From the NCBI GenBank assembly GCA_964291265.2, contig OZ219747.1:4352001-4416000 (forward strand): a stretch of DNA of 64,000 bases, in the 5' to 3' direction. The translations under genes and the position numbers were made by a program. The notes beneath the pieces were generated by a model. That model had not been told where the DNA came from. It did not search any database and saw nothing but the letters and a program-made list of their open reading frames with translations. Numbering within the stretch: position 1 is the first letter of the stretch; each line of letters begins with the position of its first letter. This document shows, piece by piece, positions 39,159 through 49,360 of the stretch. Source of the stretch: Alphaproteobacteria bacterium. Lineage in GTDB: Bacteria > Pseudomonadota > Alphaproteobacteria > SP197.

Positions 39159-39282
39159 GATGCCTCGAGAACTGTGGCACGAGACCGGCAGGAAGCCGTG
39201 CAACTGCACGACCTGCACAACATTGCGTCACGGGGGAAATACGGGTCATATGAGCCCCCTCCAGTGCATCGGGCGGCAACGC

Positions 39283-40296
39283 ATGGAATCGATCTACTTT
39301 GTGCTGACGTGGCTGTGCCACCGGCGCTGCCGTCATTGCTATGATGACCGCTTCCGCCCCTATGTCCGGGACGAACTCAGGCAGGTGGTGAAACAGTCGC
39401 AGACCAACGTTCCCCGGATCATCGATCATCTTCCGGAAAGCATGATGGTCACCGACTCCACCGGTGCAAGGTTGAAGGGACGCATCATCGTTTCGGGGGG
39501 CGAGGTGCTCCTGGAGCCGGTGCGCAAGTCCGTGCTCTATCCGGCCATCGAGCAGATCGGTTCACGCTATCGTGGCGAGGTGCATCTCGTCGTGCAGACG
39601 ACAGGAGATCGGCTCAGCGCACGCATTCTCGACGAACTCCTCGCCAGGAACGTGAGCACGGTCTCGATCTCGGGCTTCGACAGCTACCATGTCGGCATCA
39701 ACCGAGCCGATCGCGCCAAGGTCCTGCGCGAACAGCTGCTCGCCATGTTCGATGCCGCAGGTGTGCGCGAAGCCGGGAACGAGCTCCCCAGCGACGACGG
39801 CCCGCCTCTCTTCAACATCTTCGGAGCCAACGAGGACACCTGGATCGGCAAGTTGTGGCCTCGCGGACGCGCCTGGAGGAATGGACTGTCGCGTGCCGGC
39901 ATGGAGGACAACTTCTGCCATGCCTGGTCCGGCGGACTGAATTTTCTCGAGAAGGGCCGGACGGGCTCGGAGGTGTCCATCGAACCCACCGGAGATGTCT
40001 ATCCCTGCTGCCTCAAGACGCGCCTTCCCATCGGCAACCTGATTCATGAACACCTCGATGACATCATCGACAGCCTGCGCAATCATCCGGTCTACGAGGC
40101 CATCAACCAGGGAACGCCGGAGACCATGGGACATGCATTTGGCTGGACTACGGAGCGCTTCCTGGCCGAGTCGCAGATCGACACCCCGCAAGGCCGTTCC
40201 TACCGGAATCTCTGCATCGGCTGCGACAGGTTTCACGACAAGGTTCTTGGTCCGATGATCGAATCGGCCCGCCAGAAACGACACGGGCAAGCATGA
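39283..40296 (+). CDS. Radical SAM protein with SPASM/twitch-like C-terminus
   Basis: CHRRCRHC (CxxxCxxC), SGGE, C-terminal FC...GDVYPCC...IGN...CIGC. Confidence 0.9.
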   Translation: MESIYFVLTWLCHRRCRHCYDDRFRPYVRDELRQVVKQSQTNVPRIIDHLPESMMVTDSTGARLKGRIIVSGGEVLLEPVRKSVLYPAIEQIGSRYRGEVHLVVQTTGDRLSARILDELLARNVSTVSISGFDSYHVGINRADRAKVLREQLLAMFDAAGVREAGNELPSDDGPPLFNIFGANEDTWIGKLWPRGRAWRNGLSRAGMEDNFCHAWSGGLNFLEKGRTGSEVSIEPTGDVYPCCLKTRLPIGNLIHEHLDDIIDSLRNHPVYEAINQGTPETMGHAFGWTTERFLAESQIDTPQGRSYRNLCIGCDRFHDKVLGPMIESARQKRHGQA

Positions 40297-41792
40297 TGGT
40301 GGATCTCGCGGGTGCGGCCGATGCTCCGGCCATCGGCGCCCCCGGGCGTCATGCGATGAGCTATGGCGACCTTGCCGCACTGATCTCCGAGACCCGGGGC
40401 ATTCTCGGTCATGCCGGTCTTGTCGACGGCGACCGCGTCGCCCTGGTCCTTCCCAATGGCCCCGAGATGGCCTCGGCCTTTCTCGGCGTTGCCTCGGGTC
40501 TCACCGCCGCACCGCTCAATCCAGCCTATCGGAGTGACGAATTCAGGTTCTATCTCGAGGATCTCGATGCGCGGTTGCTGATTGTCGAAGAGGGATCCGG
40601 GTCCGACGCCATCGCCGTGGCACGCAATCTGGGCATGGGACTGGCAGAGACTTGCGTCGGGGAGAACGCAAGCGCCGGTGCGTTCACCTTGCGTCTGCGC
40701 GAGAAACCGGGCCGTCGCACGCTGACCCATGATGCCGGAACGGCGCTCGTCCTGCACACCTCGGGAACCACGTCGCGACCCAAGATCGTGCCCCTGTCAC
40801 GGGACAATCTCGCCGCCTCGGCCACGAACATCGCGCGGAGCCTCGCCCTTTCACCCGATGACCGGGCTCTCAACATCATGCCCCTCTTCCACATTCACGG
40901 ACTTGTCGGGGCCGTGCTCTCGACCATGCGGGCTGGGGCCAGTGTTCACTGTGCTCCGGGATTCAATCCCTTGAGGTTCTTCTCCTGGTGCGAGGATGTC
41001 CGGCCCACCTGGTACACGGCCGTTCCTACCATGCACCAGGCTATTCTCGCCCGTGCGCCACGCAATGCCACGACGCTGGCCTCGATGGATCTGCGGCTGA
41101 TCCGGTCGTCCTCGGCATCGCTGCCTTCGCGAGTCATGGAAGAACTCGAGACAACCTTCGGCTGTCCGGTGATCGAATCCTACGGCATGACCGAGGCGTC
41201 CCATCAGATGACCTCCAATCCTCTTCCCCCGGCGCCACGGCATGCCGGTTCGGTAGGTATCGCTGCTGGGCCGGAGGTGGCAATCATGGATGAGGACGGC
41301 GGGCATTTCCTTTCGGCCGGGGAGACGGGTGAGGTCGTCATCCGCGGCGTCGGTGTGACCCGTGGCTATGAGAACAACGATGCCGCCAACGAAGCGGCCT
41401 TCGTCGATGGCTGGTTCCGCACGGGCGATCAGGGCCTGCTCGATGACGAGGGCTACCTGTGGCTCACCGGGCGCCTCAAGGAAATCATCAATCGGGGAGG
41501 AGAGAAGATCAGCCCCCTCGAGGTGGACGAGGTCATGATGGCACACCCCGATGTCGATCAGGCGGTCACATTTGCCGTTCCCCATGACACGCTCGGCGAA
41601 GAGGTCGCCGTTGCCATCGTGCCCAAGGACGGAAAGGCTCCGTCAGAAGCATCGCTGCGGTCCTTTGCAGGCGCACGCCTTGCCGCCTTCAAGGTTCCCC
41701 GCCAGGTGGTCGTCCTCGACGAGATCCCCAAGGGAGCAACCGGCAAGCTGCAACGCATAGGACTCGCCGCAAGACTCGGACTCGCGCCATGA
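40293..41792 (+). CDS. Acyl-CoA synthetase (oxalate-CoA ligase-like)
   Basis: LHTSGTTSRPK, MPLFHIHG, WYTAVPTMHQ, YGMTEASHQM, TGKLQR. Confidence 0.88.
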   Translation: MMVDLAGAADAPAIGAPGRHAMSYGDLAALISETRGILGHAGLVDGDRVALVLPNGPEMASAFLGVASGLTAAPLNPAYRSDEFRFYLEDLDARLLIVEEGSGSDAIAVARNLGMGLAETCVGENASAGAFTLRLREKPGRRTLTHDAGTALVLHTSGTTSRPKIVPLSRDNLAASATNIARSLALSPDDRALNIMPLFHIHGLVGAVLSTMRAGASVHCAPGFNPLRFFSWCEDVRPTWYTAVPTMHQAILARAPRNATTLASMDLRLIRSSSASLPSRVMEELETTFGCPVIESYGMTEASHQMTSNPLPPAPRHAGSVGIAAGPEVAIMDEDGGHFLSAGETGEVVIRGVGVTRGYENNDAANEAAFVDGWFRTGDQGLLDDEGYLWLTGRLKEIINRGGEKISPLEVDEVMMAHPDVDQAVTFAVPHDTLGEEVAVAIVPKDGKAPSEASLRSFAGARLAAFKVPRQVVVLDEIPKGATGKLQRIGLAARLGLAP

Positions 41793-42775
41793 GGATCGCG
41801 ATTTACGGCGCCGGTGCCATCGGCGGCTACCTTGGGTACATGCTCGCAGGGAGTGATGCCGAGATCACGCTCATCGCCCGCGGACCACATCTCGCGGCCG
41901 TCCAGAAGAACGGGTTGACCTTGGAGTCGGCGGGCGGGCGGCAGACTCGTCGTATCAGGGCCACCGACGATCCGCGGGAAGCCGGACTGCAGGACTATGT
42001 CATCATCACCCTCAAGGCTCATTCGGTGCCTGCTGTTGTCGGGGCCATGCAGGCCATGCTGGCACCCGAGACGGCTGTCGTGACGGCCGTCAACGGGGTT
42101 CCATGGTGGTACTTCTACGGCCTTGAGGGTGCATGGCGCGACCATCGCCTCCGGAGTGTCGATCCCGGTGACGTTCAGTGGGACGGCATTGGCCCCGAAC
42201 GCGCCATCGGGTGTGTCGTCTTTCCCGCATGCGAGATCACCGCTCCCGGCGTGGTGCGTCATCTCGCCGGTGATCGCCTTTTTCTCGGAGAGCCCTCGGG
42301 CGAAGCCAGGCAACGCACGCGCACCCTGGCACTGATGATGCGCGAGAGTGGACTGAAGGCGCCGGTGCGAACACGGATTCGTGACGACATCTGGGTGAAG
42401 CTGTGGGGCAATCTCTGCTTCAATCCGGTCTCGGCACTGACCGGCGCCACTCTGGAAGAAATGGCCGGTGACCGGGATGTCCGACAGTTGTGCCGCACGA
42501 TGATGACGGAAGCCCGCACGGTGGCGGAAACCCTTGGGGTTCGGTTCGCCATCGACATCGACCGGCGGATCGATGGGGCCGGGGCTGTCGGCGCACATCG
42601 CACGAGCATGCTCCAGGACCTGGACCAGGGCCGGGCCATGGAGATCGATGCGCTGGTTTCCTCGGTTCAGGAACTGGGGCGGATCACCGGACATCCCACG
42701 CCGACGCTCGACGTCATTCTGACGCTGGTGCGTCAGAAGGCCGAACTGCTCGGTCTCTACAGGCGCTCATCGTGA
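41789..42775 (+). CDS. 2-dehydropantoate 2-reductase family (PanE2/oxalyl-CoA reductase-like)
   Basis: GAGAIGG, NGVPWWYF, WVKLWGN, HRTSMLQDL. Confidence 0.9.
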   Translation: MRIAIYGAGAIGGYLGYMLAGSDAEITLIARGPHLAAVQKNGLTLESAGGRQTRRIRATDDPREAGLQDYVIITLKAHSVPAVVGAMQAMLAPETAVVTAVNGVPWWYFYGLEGAWRDHRLRSVDPGDVQWDGIGPERAIGCVVFPACEITAPGVVRHLAGDRLFLGEPSGEARQRTRTLALMMRESGLKAPVRTRIRDDIWVKLWGNLCFNPVSALTGATLEEMAGDRDVRQLCRTMMTEARTVAETLGVRFAIDIDRRIDGAGAVGAHRTSMLQDLDQGRAMEIDALVSSVQELGRITGHPTPTLDVILTLVRQKAELLGLYRRSS

Positions 42776-42776
42776 G

Positions 42777-42850
42777 TGGAGCGGGTGAAGGGAATCGAAC
42801 CCTTGTCTAAAGCTTGGGACGCTTTCGTTCTGCCATTGAACTACACCCGC
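42777..42850 (-). tRNA. tRNA-Gly(CCC)
   Basis: GCGGGTGTAGTTCAATGGCAGAACG AAAGC-GTCCCAA-GCTTT AGAC AAGGGTTCGATTCCCTT CACCCGCTCCA; cloverleaf with encoded CCA. Confidence 0.95.
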
Positions 42851-42965
42851 TTGCGGCAAGTCTACTCCGAACTCCCGGGACGCCGCAACCGGCACACGGC
42901 ATGGGTTGACCCGACTTGCCGGCCGCTGCACCGTTGTCCCTGTCGCCTGTCCGGAGAGATGGACC

Positions 42966-43358
42966 ATGTATGAAGAAGTGACCCGTGGTGTGCGCATCTC
43001 GGTCAACCCGGTCTACCTCGAGAGCCAGTCCGAGCCGGACAGCAGCCACTTCGTGTGGGCCTACCAGGTCAGGATAGTCAATGAAGGCGCGGAGACCGTG
43101 CAGCTTCTGACCCGTCACTGGAAGATCACCGATGGACGGGGCCGACTCCAGGAAGTCCAGGGCCCCGGTGTCGTCGGGGAGCAACCTGTCCTCCAACCTG
43201 GAGAGTCCTTCGAATACACGTCCGGGACACCGCTTTCGACCCCATCGGGCATCATGGCCGGAACCTACCAGATGCAGGCCGAATCAGGCGAGATGTTCGA
43301 CGCCGTGGTCCCTGCGTTTTCCCTGGACAGTCCCTGGCAGGCCCGGCGCATCAATTGA
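42966..43358 (+). CDS. apaG: ApaG
   Basis: [30 protein letters not shown]. Confidence 0.96.
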   Translation: MYEEVTRGVRISVNPVYLESQSEPDSSHFVWAYQVRIVNEGAETVQLLTRHWKITDGRGRLQEVQGPGVVGEQPVLQPGESFEYTSGTPLSTPSGIMAGTYQMQAESGEMFDAVVPAFSLDSPWQARRIN

Positions 43359-43417
43359 ACCCTCATTCGCCAGGGGATATGAGGGGCCGGCCTGCCGATG
43401 GTCGGGGGAGTCGAGAC

Positions 43418-44023
43418 GTGAGTGAATCCTGCAAGGACGGTCCCTCCCGAGAGGAGGCCGAGGAAGCGGTCAGGACACTGATACGCTGGGCCGGAGACGA
43501 TCCTGGACGCAGCGGGCTGCTGGACACGCCATCACGGGTTGTGAACGCCTATGGCGAGTGGTTTGCCGGCTACGGCATGGACCCGACCGCTTTCCTCGCA
43601 AGGACCTTCGACGAGACCGAAGGCTACGACGAGATGATCGCCCTCAGGAATGTCCGCTTCGAATCCCACTGCGAACACCACATCGCCCCGGTCATCGGCC
43701 AGTGCCATATCGCCTACCTGCCTCGCTCGCGTGTCGTCGGCATATCCAAACTGGCCCGCATGGTGGAGATCTATTCTCGACGTCTGCAGATTCAGGAGCG
43801 CCTGACGGCACAGATCGCCGATACCATCAACGACATCCTCGAGCCACGAGGCGTGGGCGTCGTCGTCGAGGCCACCCACCACTGCATGACGACACGTGGC
43901 GTCCACAAGCCGGGCGTCAGCATGGTGACCAGCCGCATGCTTGGCGACTTCCGCGTCAAGTCGGCGACGCGCCGCGAGTTTCTGGCCTATATCGGCAATC
44001 CCGTGCCGGGGATATCGACATAG
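43418..44023 (+). CDS. folE: GTP cyclohydrolase I
   Basis: [39 protein letters not shown]; start uncertain. Confidence 0.96.
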   Translation: MSESCKDGPSREEAEEAVRTLIRWAGDDPGRSGLLDTPSRVVNAYGEWFAGYGMDPTAFLARTFDETEGYDEMIALRNVRFESHCEHHIAPVIGQCHIAYLPRSRVVGISKLARMVEIYSRRLQIQERLTAQIADTINDILEPRGVGVVVEATHHCMTTRGVHKPGVSMVTSRMLGDFRVKSATRREFLAYIGNPVPGIST

Positions 44024-44057
44024 AAAACGCCGGACCCTCGAAGAGCGGGACACGTCC

Positions 44058-45509
44058 GTGATCGATATCAGGCCCATTCTCCAGGTTGCCGGCATCCTCC
44101 TTGCCATGCTCGCCGTGGCCATGTTTCTGCCGATGACGGCGGATCTTGTCGAAGGGCATGACGACTGGCTGGTGTTCCTCGGCGCCGGATCACTGACGCT
44201 TTTTGTCGGCATGGCGCTCTTTCTCACCAACCTCACGAGCGCCTCGGGACTGAGCGTGCGCCAGGCCTTCCTCCTGACGGCCGTCTCATGGATCGTTCTG
44301 TGCGCCTTTGCCGCACTGCCCTTTGCCTTTGCCGATCTCGGACTCGACTACTCCGATGCCCTGTTCGAAGCGACAGCGGGACTGACGACGACCGGCGCCA
44401 CGGTCGTCACCGACCTGCAGTCGAGGCAAACAGGCATCCTGCTGTGGCGGGCTCTGCTCCAGTGGCTGGGCGGCATCGGCATCATTGTCACGGCCGTTGC
44501 CGTGCTGCCCATGCTGCGCATTGCCGGCATGCAGCTCTTCAGCACGGAGTCGTCTGACCAGGAGAAGATGCTGCCGCGCACCGTGCGCATCGCCGCCATC
44601 ATCGCAATCATCTATGCGGCGTTCTCGGTGCTGTGCTTCCTTGCCTACTGGAGCGCCGGCATGTCGACATTCGATGCTCTGACTCATGCCATGACAACTG
44701 TCTCCACCGCCGGGTTCTCCACCCATGACGACTCCATCGGTCACTTCGACAGTCAGGCAGTCGAACTTGTCGCCATGGTGTTCATGATCCTCGGTGCCCT
44801 GCCCTTCGTCATCTACATGCAGATGACACGCGGCCACTTCGTCCCGCTGTGGCGCGATGTCCAGCTCCGTCTTTTCATGAGCATCACCATCGCCATCATC
44901 GCCCTCCTGACCGTCTACCGCTCCATCCAGACCGGCGACGTGACGTTCTCCTGGGATGTGCTGCGGGAGGTGTCGTTCAATGTCGTCGCCATCGCCACGA
45001 GCACCGGCTACACGACAGAGGATTTCGGCGCCTGGGGCGGCTTTGCCGTCGCCATCTTCTTCATCCTCCTGTTCCTGGGGGGGTGCACCGGTTCGACGGC
45101 CGGTGGCATCAAGATGTTCCGCGTCCACGTGCTCGCCGCTCTGCTCTACATCCAGCTCCGGCGACTCATCCAGCCGCACGGGGTGTTCATTGCACACTAC
45201 AACGACGTGCGCATCAGCGATGGTGTGGCACAGTCCGTAGCCACCTTCCTGGTCATCTTTGTCGCCGGCTTCTTCCTGCTGACCGCCGGTCTGGCGGCGC
45301 ACAACCTCGATTTCATAACCAGTGCTTCGGGTGCGGTGGCCGCACTCGCCAACATCGGACCGGGGCTTGGCCCCGTGATCGGACCGCACGGCAACTATTC
45401 GCAGCTTCCCGACACTGCGAAACTCCTTCTGTGCATCGGCATGCTCCTGGGCAGACTCGAGTTTCTAACCCTCCTCGTCCTCGTGACACCTGATTTCTGG
45501 AGAGAGTAA
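44058..45509 (+). CDS. trkH: Trk potassium uptake membrane protein
   Basis: GLTTTGAT, LQWLGGIG, STAGFS, GGCTGSTAGGIK, NIGPG, GRLE. Confidence 0.95.
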   Translation: MIDIRPILQVAGILLAMLAVAMFLPMTADLVEGHDDWLVFLGAGSLTLFVGMALFLTNLTSASGLSVRQAFLLTAVSWIVLCAFAALPFAFADLGLDYSDALFEATAGLTTTGATVVTDLQSRQTGILLWRALLQWLGGIGIIVTAVAVLPMLRIAGMQLFSTESSDQEKMLPRTVRIAAIIAIIYAAFSVLCFLAYWSAGMSTFDALTHAMTTVSTAGFSTHDDSIGHFDSQAVELVAMVFMILGALPFVIYMQMTRGHFVPLWRDVQLRLFMSITIAIIALLTVYRSIQTGDVTFSWDVLREVSFNVVAIATSTGYTTEDFGAWGGFAVAIFFILLFLGGCTGSTAGGIKMFRVHVLAALLYIQLRRLIQPHGVFIAHYNDVRISDGVAQSVATFLVIFVAGFFLLTAGLAAHNLDFITSASGAVAALANIGPGLGPVIGPHGNYSQLPDTAKLLLCIGMLLGRLEFLTLLVLVTPDFWRE

Positions 45510-45511
45510 CC

Positions 45512-46654
45512 ATGACACCGGTCGACATGATCCGCCGCCTGATTGCCTTCGACACCACGAGCCACCGCTCGAACCTGGAGATGATCCACTGGATCGCCGA
45601 CTACCTGGACTCACACGGTATCGAGAGCACCCTCGTTCACGACGAAGAACGCCGCAAGGCGAATCTGTTCGCAACCCTGGGACCCGACCGGGAGGGCGGC
45701 GTGGTGCTCTCCGGACATACGGACGTGGTGCCGGTGGATGGCCAGCCGTGGGACACCGATCCCTTCGAGGTCCACGACAAAGGCGGCAGACTCTTCGGCC
45801 GCGGCACCAGTGACATGAAGAGCTTCGTTGCCGTCGCCCTGGCATGTGTGCCGGAGTTTCTCGCCTGCGGACTCAAACACCCCGTTCACCTTGCCTTTTC
45901 CTATGACGAGGAGGTCGGCTGCCTCGGTGTCCATGGGCTCATTGGCGAACTCAAACGCCGTGACCTTCGCCCCTCGGCCGTCATCATCGGCGAGCCGACC
46001 TTGATGGAGGTGGTGGATGCCCACAAGGGGATCGCCGTGTTCCACACGCACGTCAGAGGGGTGCCGGCCCATTCCAGCGCCACCCACATCGGGGTGAGTG
46101 CGACCCATGCCGCCAGCCGATTCGTCACCTTTCTCGACGACCTCTTCGAGGAATACCAGACCCGGTCCCGCCCCGACCTCGGTTTTGTGCCGCCCTACAC
46201 CACCATACAGGTGGGCATTCTCGACGGTGGAACCGCCAGCAACATCATCGCCCGGGACTGTCACATTGACTGGCACTTCCGCACCATTCCGACGGACGAT
46301 CCGGCAGAGATCGAAGACCGGGCGCTTTCGCGCCTCGATCAGCTGCGCGAAGACATGAAAGCACGCCACCCGGACTGTGACATCACCACGACAACTGGGG
46401 CCAGGGTGCCGCCGCTCAGGCCGGACAGCGCTTCCGCGGCAACCGAACTCGCCCTTCAGCTGACCGGCGCCAACAGCACGTCCCAGGCATCATTCGGTAC
46501 CGAGGCCGGCATCTTCCAGGAAAACAGCTACGCTGCCGTGGTGTGCGGTCCCGGCGACATCGCCCAGGCACATCAGCCGAACGAGTTCATCACCCTGGAA
46601 CAGGTGGAGGCGTGCCGCACCTTCCTGCGCCGTCTCATGGCACGCCTCTCATGA
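45512..46654 (+). CDS. argE: Acetylornithine deacetylase
   Basis: LSGHTDVVP, GRGTSDMK, YDEEVGC, GEPT, AHQPNE. Confidence 0.93.
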   Translation: MTPVDMIRRLIAFDTTSHRSNLEMIHWIADYLDSHGIESTLVHDEERRKANLFATLGPDREGGVVLSGHTDVVPVDGQPWDTDPFEVHDKGGRLFGRGTSDMKSFVAVALACVPEFLACGLKHPVHLAFSYDEEVGCLGVHGLIGELKRRDLRPSAVIIGEPTLMEVVDAHKGIAVFHTHVRGVPAHSSATHIGVSATHAASRFVTFLDDLFEEYQTRSRPDLGFVPPYTTIQVGILDGGTASNIIARDCHIDWHFRTIPTDDPAEIEDRALSRLDQLREDMKARHPDCDITTTTGARVPPLRPDSASAATELALQLTGANSTSQASFGTEAGIFQENSYAAVVCGPGDIAQAHQPNEFITLEQVEACRTFLRRLMARLS

Positions 46655-48024
46655 CCGATCTCTGCCATCTGACGGCTCTGGAACACAAGCGGCTGCTTGA
46701 TGAAGGCGCGTTGTCCTCGCTCGAACTCGTCGATGCCCAGATCGCCCGAATCACCAGGAGCAATCGGCAGATCAATGCCTTCGTCACCCTGGATGCCGAT
46801 CAGGCCCGCGACGAGGCGAGGAGAAAGGACGACGAAAGGGCAAGGGGGAGCGCTGAAGGCGTCCTCCACGGTCTCACGGTCGGCGTGAAGGACTGCTTCG
46901 CAACACGGGGGATCCGCACCACCTGGGGGTCACGTGCCTTCGCCGACCACGTGCCGGATCATGATCACCTCGTCGTCGAGCGCGAACGGCGCGCCGGCGC
47001 CATCATCCTCGGCAAGCTCAACACGCCCGAGTTCACGATGGCGCGCAACACCTGCGACAACCCGGTGTTCGGAGCGACACGCAACCCCTGGGACGCCCGG
47101 CTGTGCCCCGGTTCTTCCAGTGGCGGCAGCGCCGCGGCACTGGCGGCCGGCATGGTATCGCTGGCCGACGGCTCCGACATCGGAGGGTCCCTGCGCAACC
47201 CGGCCGCCTGGTGCCATGTCGTCGGCCATCGCCCGACATCCTGGATGGTGCCGGATGTCCCCAATCCCCTTTACTGGCACAACATGAACTCACCGGGCCC
47301 CATGGCCAGATCGGTAGCGGATGCGGCTCTCTTCCTTTCTGCCCTGGCCGGTCCAGACCCGCGCTCTCCGGTGGTCGTGGCTCCGCCCTTTCCGGCTGGT
47401 CCGGTCGATCTGGCCATCGATCTCTCCGGGGTTCGCATCGGCTGGAGCTGCGATCACGGATCGCTCGATATCGATCCTTCCATCCGCAGCACCTTCATGA
47501 CGGGACTCGAGGTCTTCAGGGAGATCGGGGCGCGTCTGGCACGGTGCGATATCGATGTCGATGGCGTTTCCGACTTGAGCCGCCGCCTCTGCGAACTGCG
47601 CCTGGCCCGCGATGTCAGTGCTGTCCGCAATCCGGGCGTTGATCCGGCCCTGATGCGGCGCGCCGCATCGGCTGAAGCCATGACCGCCAGGGACCTGCTC
47701 GAAGCCGAGGCCTGTCGTCACCGCGTCTGGGCCGATCTTGTCCGTGCCTTCCAGGACCACGACGTCCTGCTCTGGCCCGACGACCCGTGCGACGCCATCG
47801 GATTCGATGACGATGTGGCCGGTGACCTGATCGACTGGACCCTGCTCTACGTGTCTCCCATGGTGGGCCTGCCGACAACCACTGTCCCCTGCGGCTTCTC
47901 CGATTCCGGCATCCCCCGGGGATGGCAGGTGATTGCCCCTCCCGGGCGCGACCTTCTCGCCCTGCAGGTCGCCTTCGCCTACGAAAAGGCTACCGAATTC
48001 ACCCGCCATCACCCGCCGCTCTGA
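46651..48024 (+). CDS. Amidase signature family protein
   Basis: GVKD, GSSSGGS, GSDIGGSLRNPA. Confidence 0.92.
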   Translation: MTDLCHLTALEHKRLLDEGALSSLELVDAQIARITRSNRQINAFVTLDADQARDEARRKDDERARGSAEGVLHGLTVGVKDCFATRGIRTTWGSRAFADHVPDHDHLVVERERRAGAIILGKLNTPEFTMARNTCDNPVFGATRNPWDARLCPGSSSGGSAAALAAGMVSLADGSDIGGSLRNPAAWCHVVGHRPTSWMVPDVPNPLYWHNMNSPGPMARSVADAALFLSALAGPDPRSPVVVAPPFPAGPVDLAIDLSGVRIGWSCDHGSLDIDPSIRSTFMTGLEVFREIGARLARCDIDVDGVSDLSRRLCELRLARDVSAVRNPGVDPALMRRAASAEAMTARDLLEAEACRHRVWADLVRAFQDHDVLLWPDDPCDAIGFDDDVAGDLIDWTLLYVSPMVGLPTTTVPCGFSDSGIPRGWQVIAPPGRDLLALQVAFAYEKATEFTRHHPPL

Positions 48025-48757
48025 ATGAACTCCTCCTTTCTGCAGCCTGGCGGAGAGGCCTGCGGTGATCTCCACTCGGAATACGCGAGGACAGCTCAGT
48101 TGGCAGCGTCGAATGTGGATCGCTCCATGCGCCATCGATGGCAGGAGGTCTGAACGAAGGACGCCGCCGTCGCTGTCCTCGTGCGACAGGTGGCCCGCCG
48201 ATGTGCCGACAACAATCCTTGCCGATCTGAAACTGCCCCTGAAGGCCCTGAGCCCGCATCGATACCCTTGGCGTTCGCGATCACGGGTGAACCGGGGCCA
48301 TGTGCGAGCAAGAACGAGAAGTTCGTGATCCCTGGCGACCGCATCAAGACCGTTCTTCGCCACAGGCGTCAGGAGTTTCACACGATGCGCCACGCGAGCG
48401 CTTCTCGCCACACGCACACTGGCTTGCCGAGCCTGTCGTCAGGTCGCAACAAGGTGCGAACACCGCCTGGCTCGCATGCCCGCGCAGACGGGTGGCATGG
48501 ACATTCTCCGGCGTCAACAGCACATCTGGTCGAACTTCGCGCATGGTCAGATTCGACATCAGGATCGTCTCGTGCGCGGCCGCGCGAGCTTCACTCCTGC
48601 ATTGCCAGATCATCGCACTGCACCTCGACAATGGGTCCGGCGGCCCGTGCGCACGCAGTCCCCTTCGATTGACTCCAAATCGACCTCTGCCTTCCCCGCA
48701 TCCTTCGCATGGCGGTTCACACGACACGGTGAGGCGTTGTCGTCGGCGAGAAGCGGA

Positions 48758-49360
48758 TCAGAACCTCATGATCCAGCGCCACAGGTGATCCGCCATCTCC
48801 TCCTCGAGCCGTTCGTCAAGGGCCTTGACAACGTCCTGGAACAGGGCATGGAGCGTCTCCTCGCGCTCTGCGACCGACAGACTTTCGGGAACTGTCTGTC
48901 GGCGATGGCTCCGGGCCTCGGCGAAGCCGTCTCCCGCAGGGTGATCGACAATCTCGACCCTCACCGCCAGCGACCCTTCGTAGGCAACCGACTGTTCGTC
49001 AGTGAAGAGACCCTCCAGCGTCTCGGCCGTGTCGAGAGGGACGGCAACAAACCGACCTTCCAGGAGGATGACACGCGCCTCGCCCCGGTCTCCGACCGCC
49101 CGGAGTCGTTCTTCCGACCAGCGCCTCACCACATCGTCAGGCCATTCGGAGAGATCAAATCTCACATCCCGCGCCGGCGCGGCGACGGCACCATCTACCG
49201 TCCCGTTTGCGAAGGTGATGGCCGCCACGTCCAGGGCCAGCGTTGTCGGCGAGGCAAAACCGATCGCCGGCAGTGCGCGAGCGGCCGGTCGAGGTGCGCA
49301 GCCGGCAAGGACGGCGCCGGCGGAGAGCGCGAGGAAGGTTCTGCGGTTGAGCACCGTCAT
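48758..49360 (-). CDS. Conserved hypothetical lipoprotein
   Basis: NRRTFL twin-arginine-like signal and LAGC lipobox; directly follows hslO. Confidence 0.75.
   Translation of the reverse strand: MTVLNRRTFLALSAGAVLAGCAPRPAARALPAIGFASPTTLALDVAAITFANGTVDGAVAAPARDVRFDLSEWPDDVVRRWSEERLRAVGDRGEARVILLEGRFVAVPLDTAETLEGLFTDEQSVAYEGSLAVRVEIVDHPAGDGFAEARSHRRQTVPESLSVAEREETLHALFQDVVKALDERLEEEMADHLWRWIMRF

Noticed and set aside
38580-39344. 254-aa ORF as an intact integrase
   Set aside because: Only the first ~45 codons resemble an integrase C-terminus; the rest is antisense to the PD-(D/E)XK remnant.
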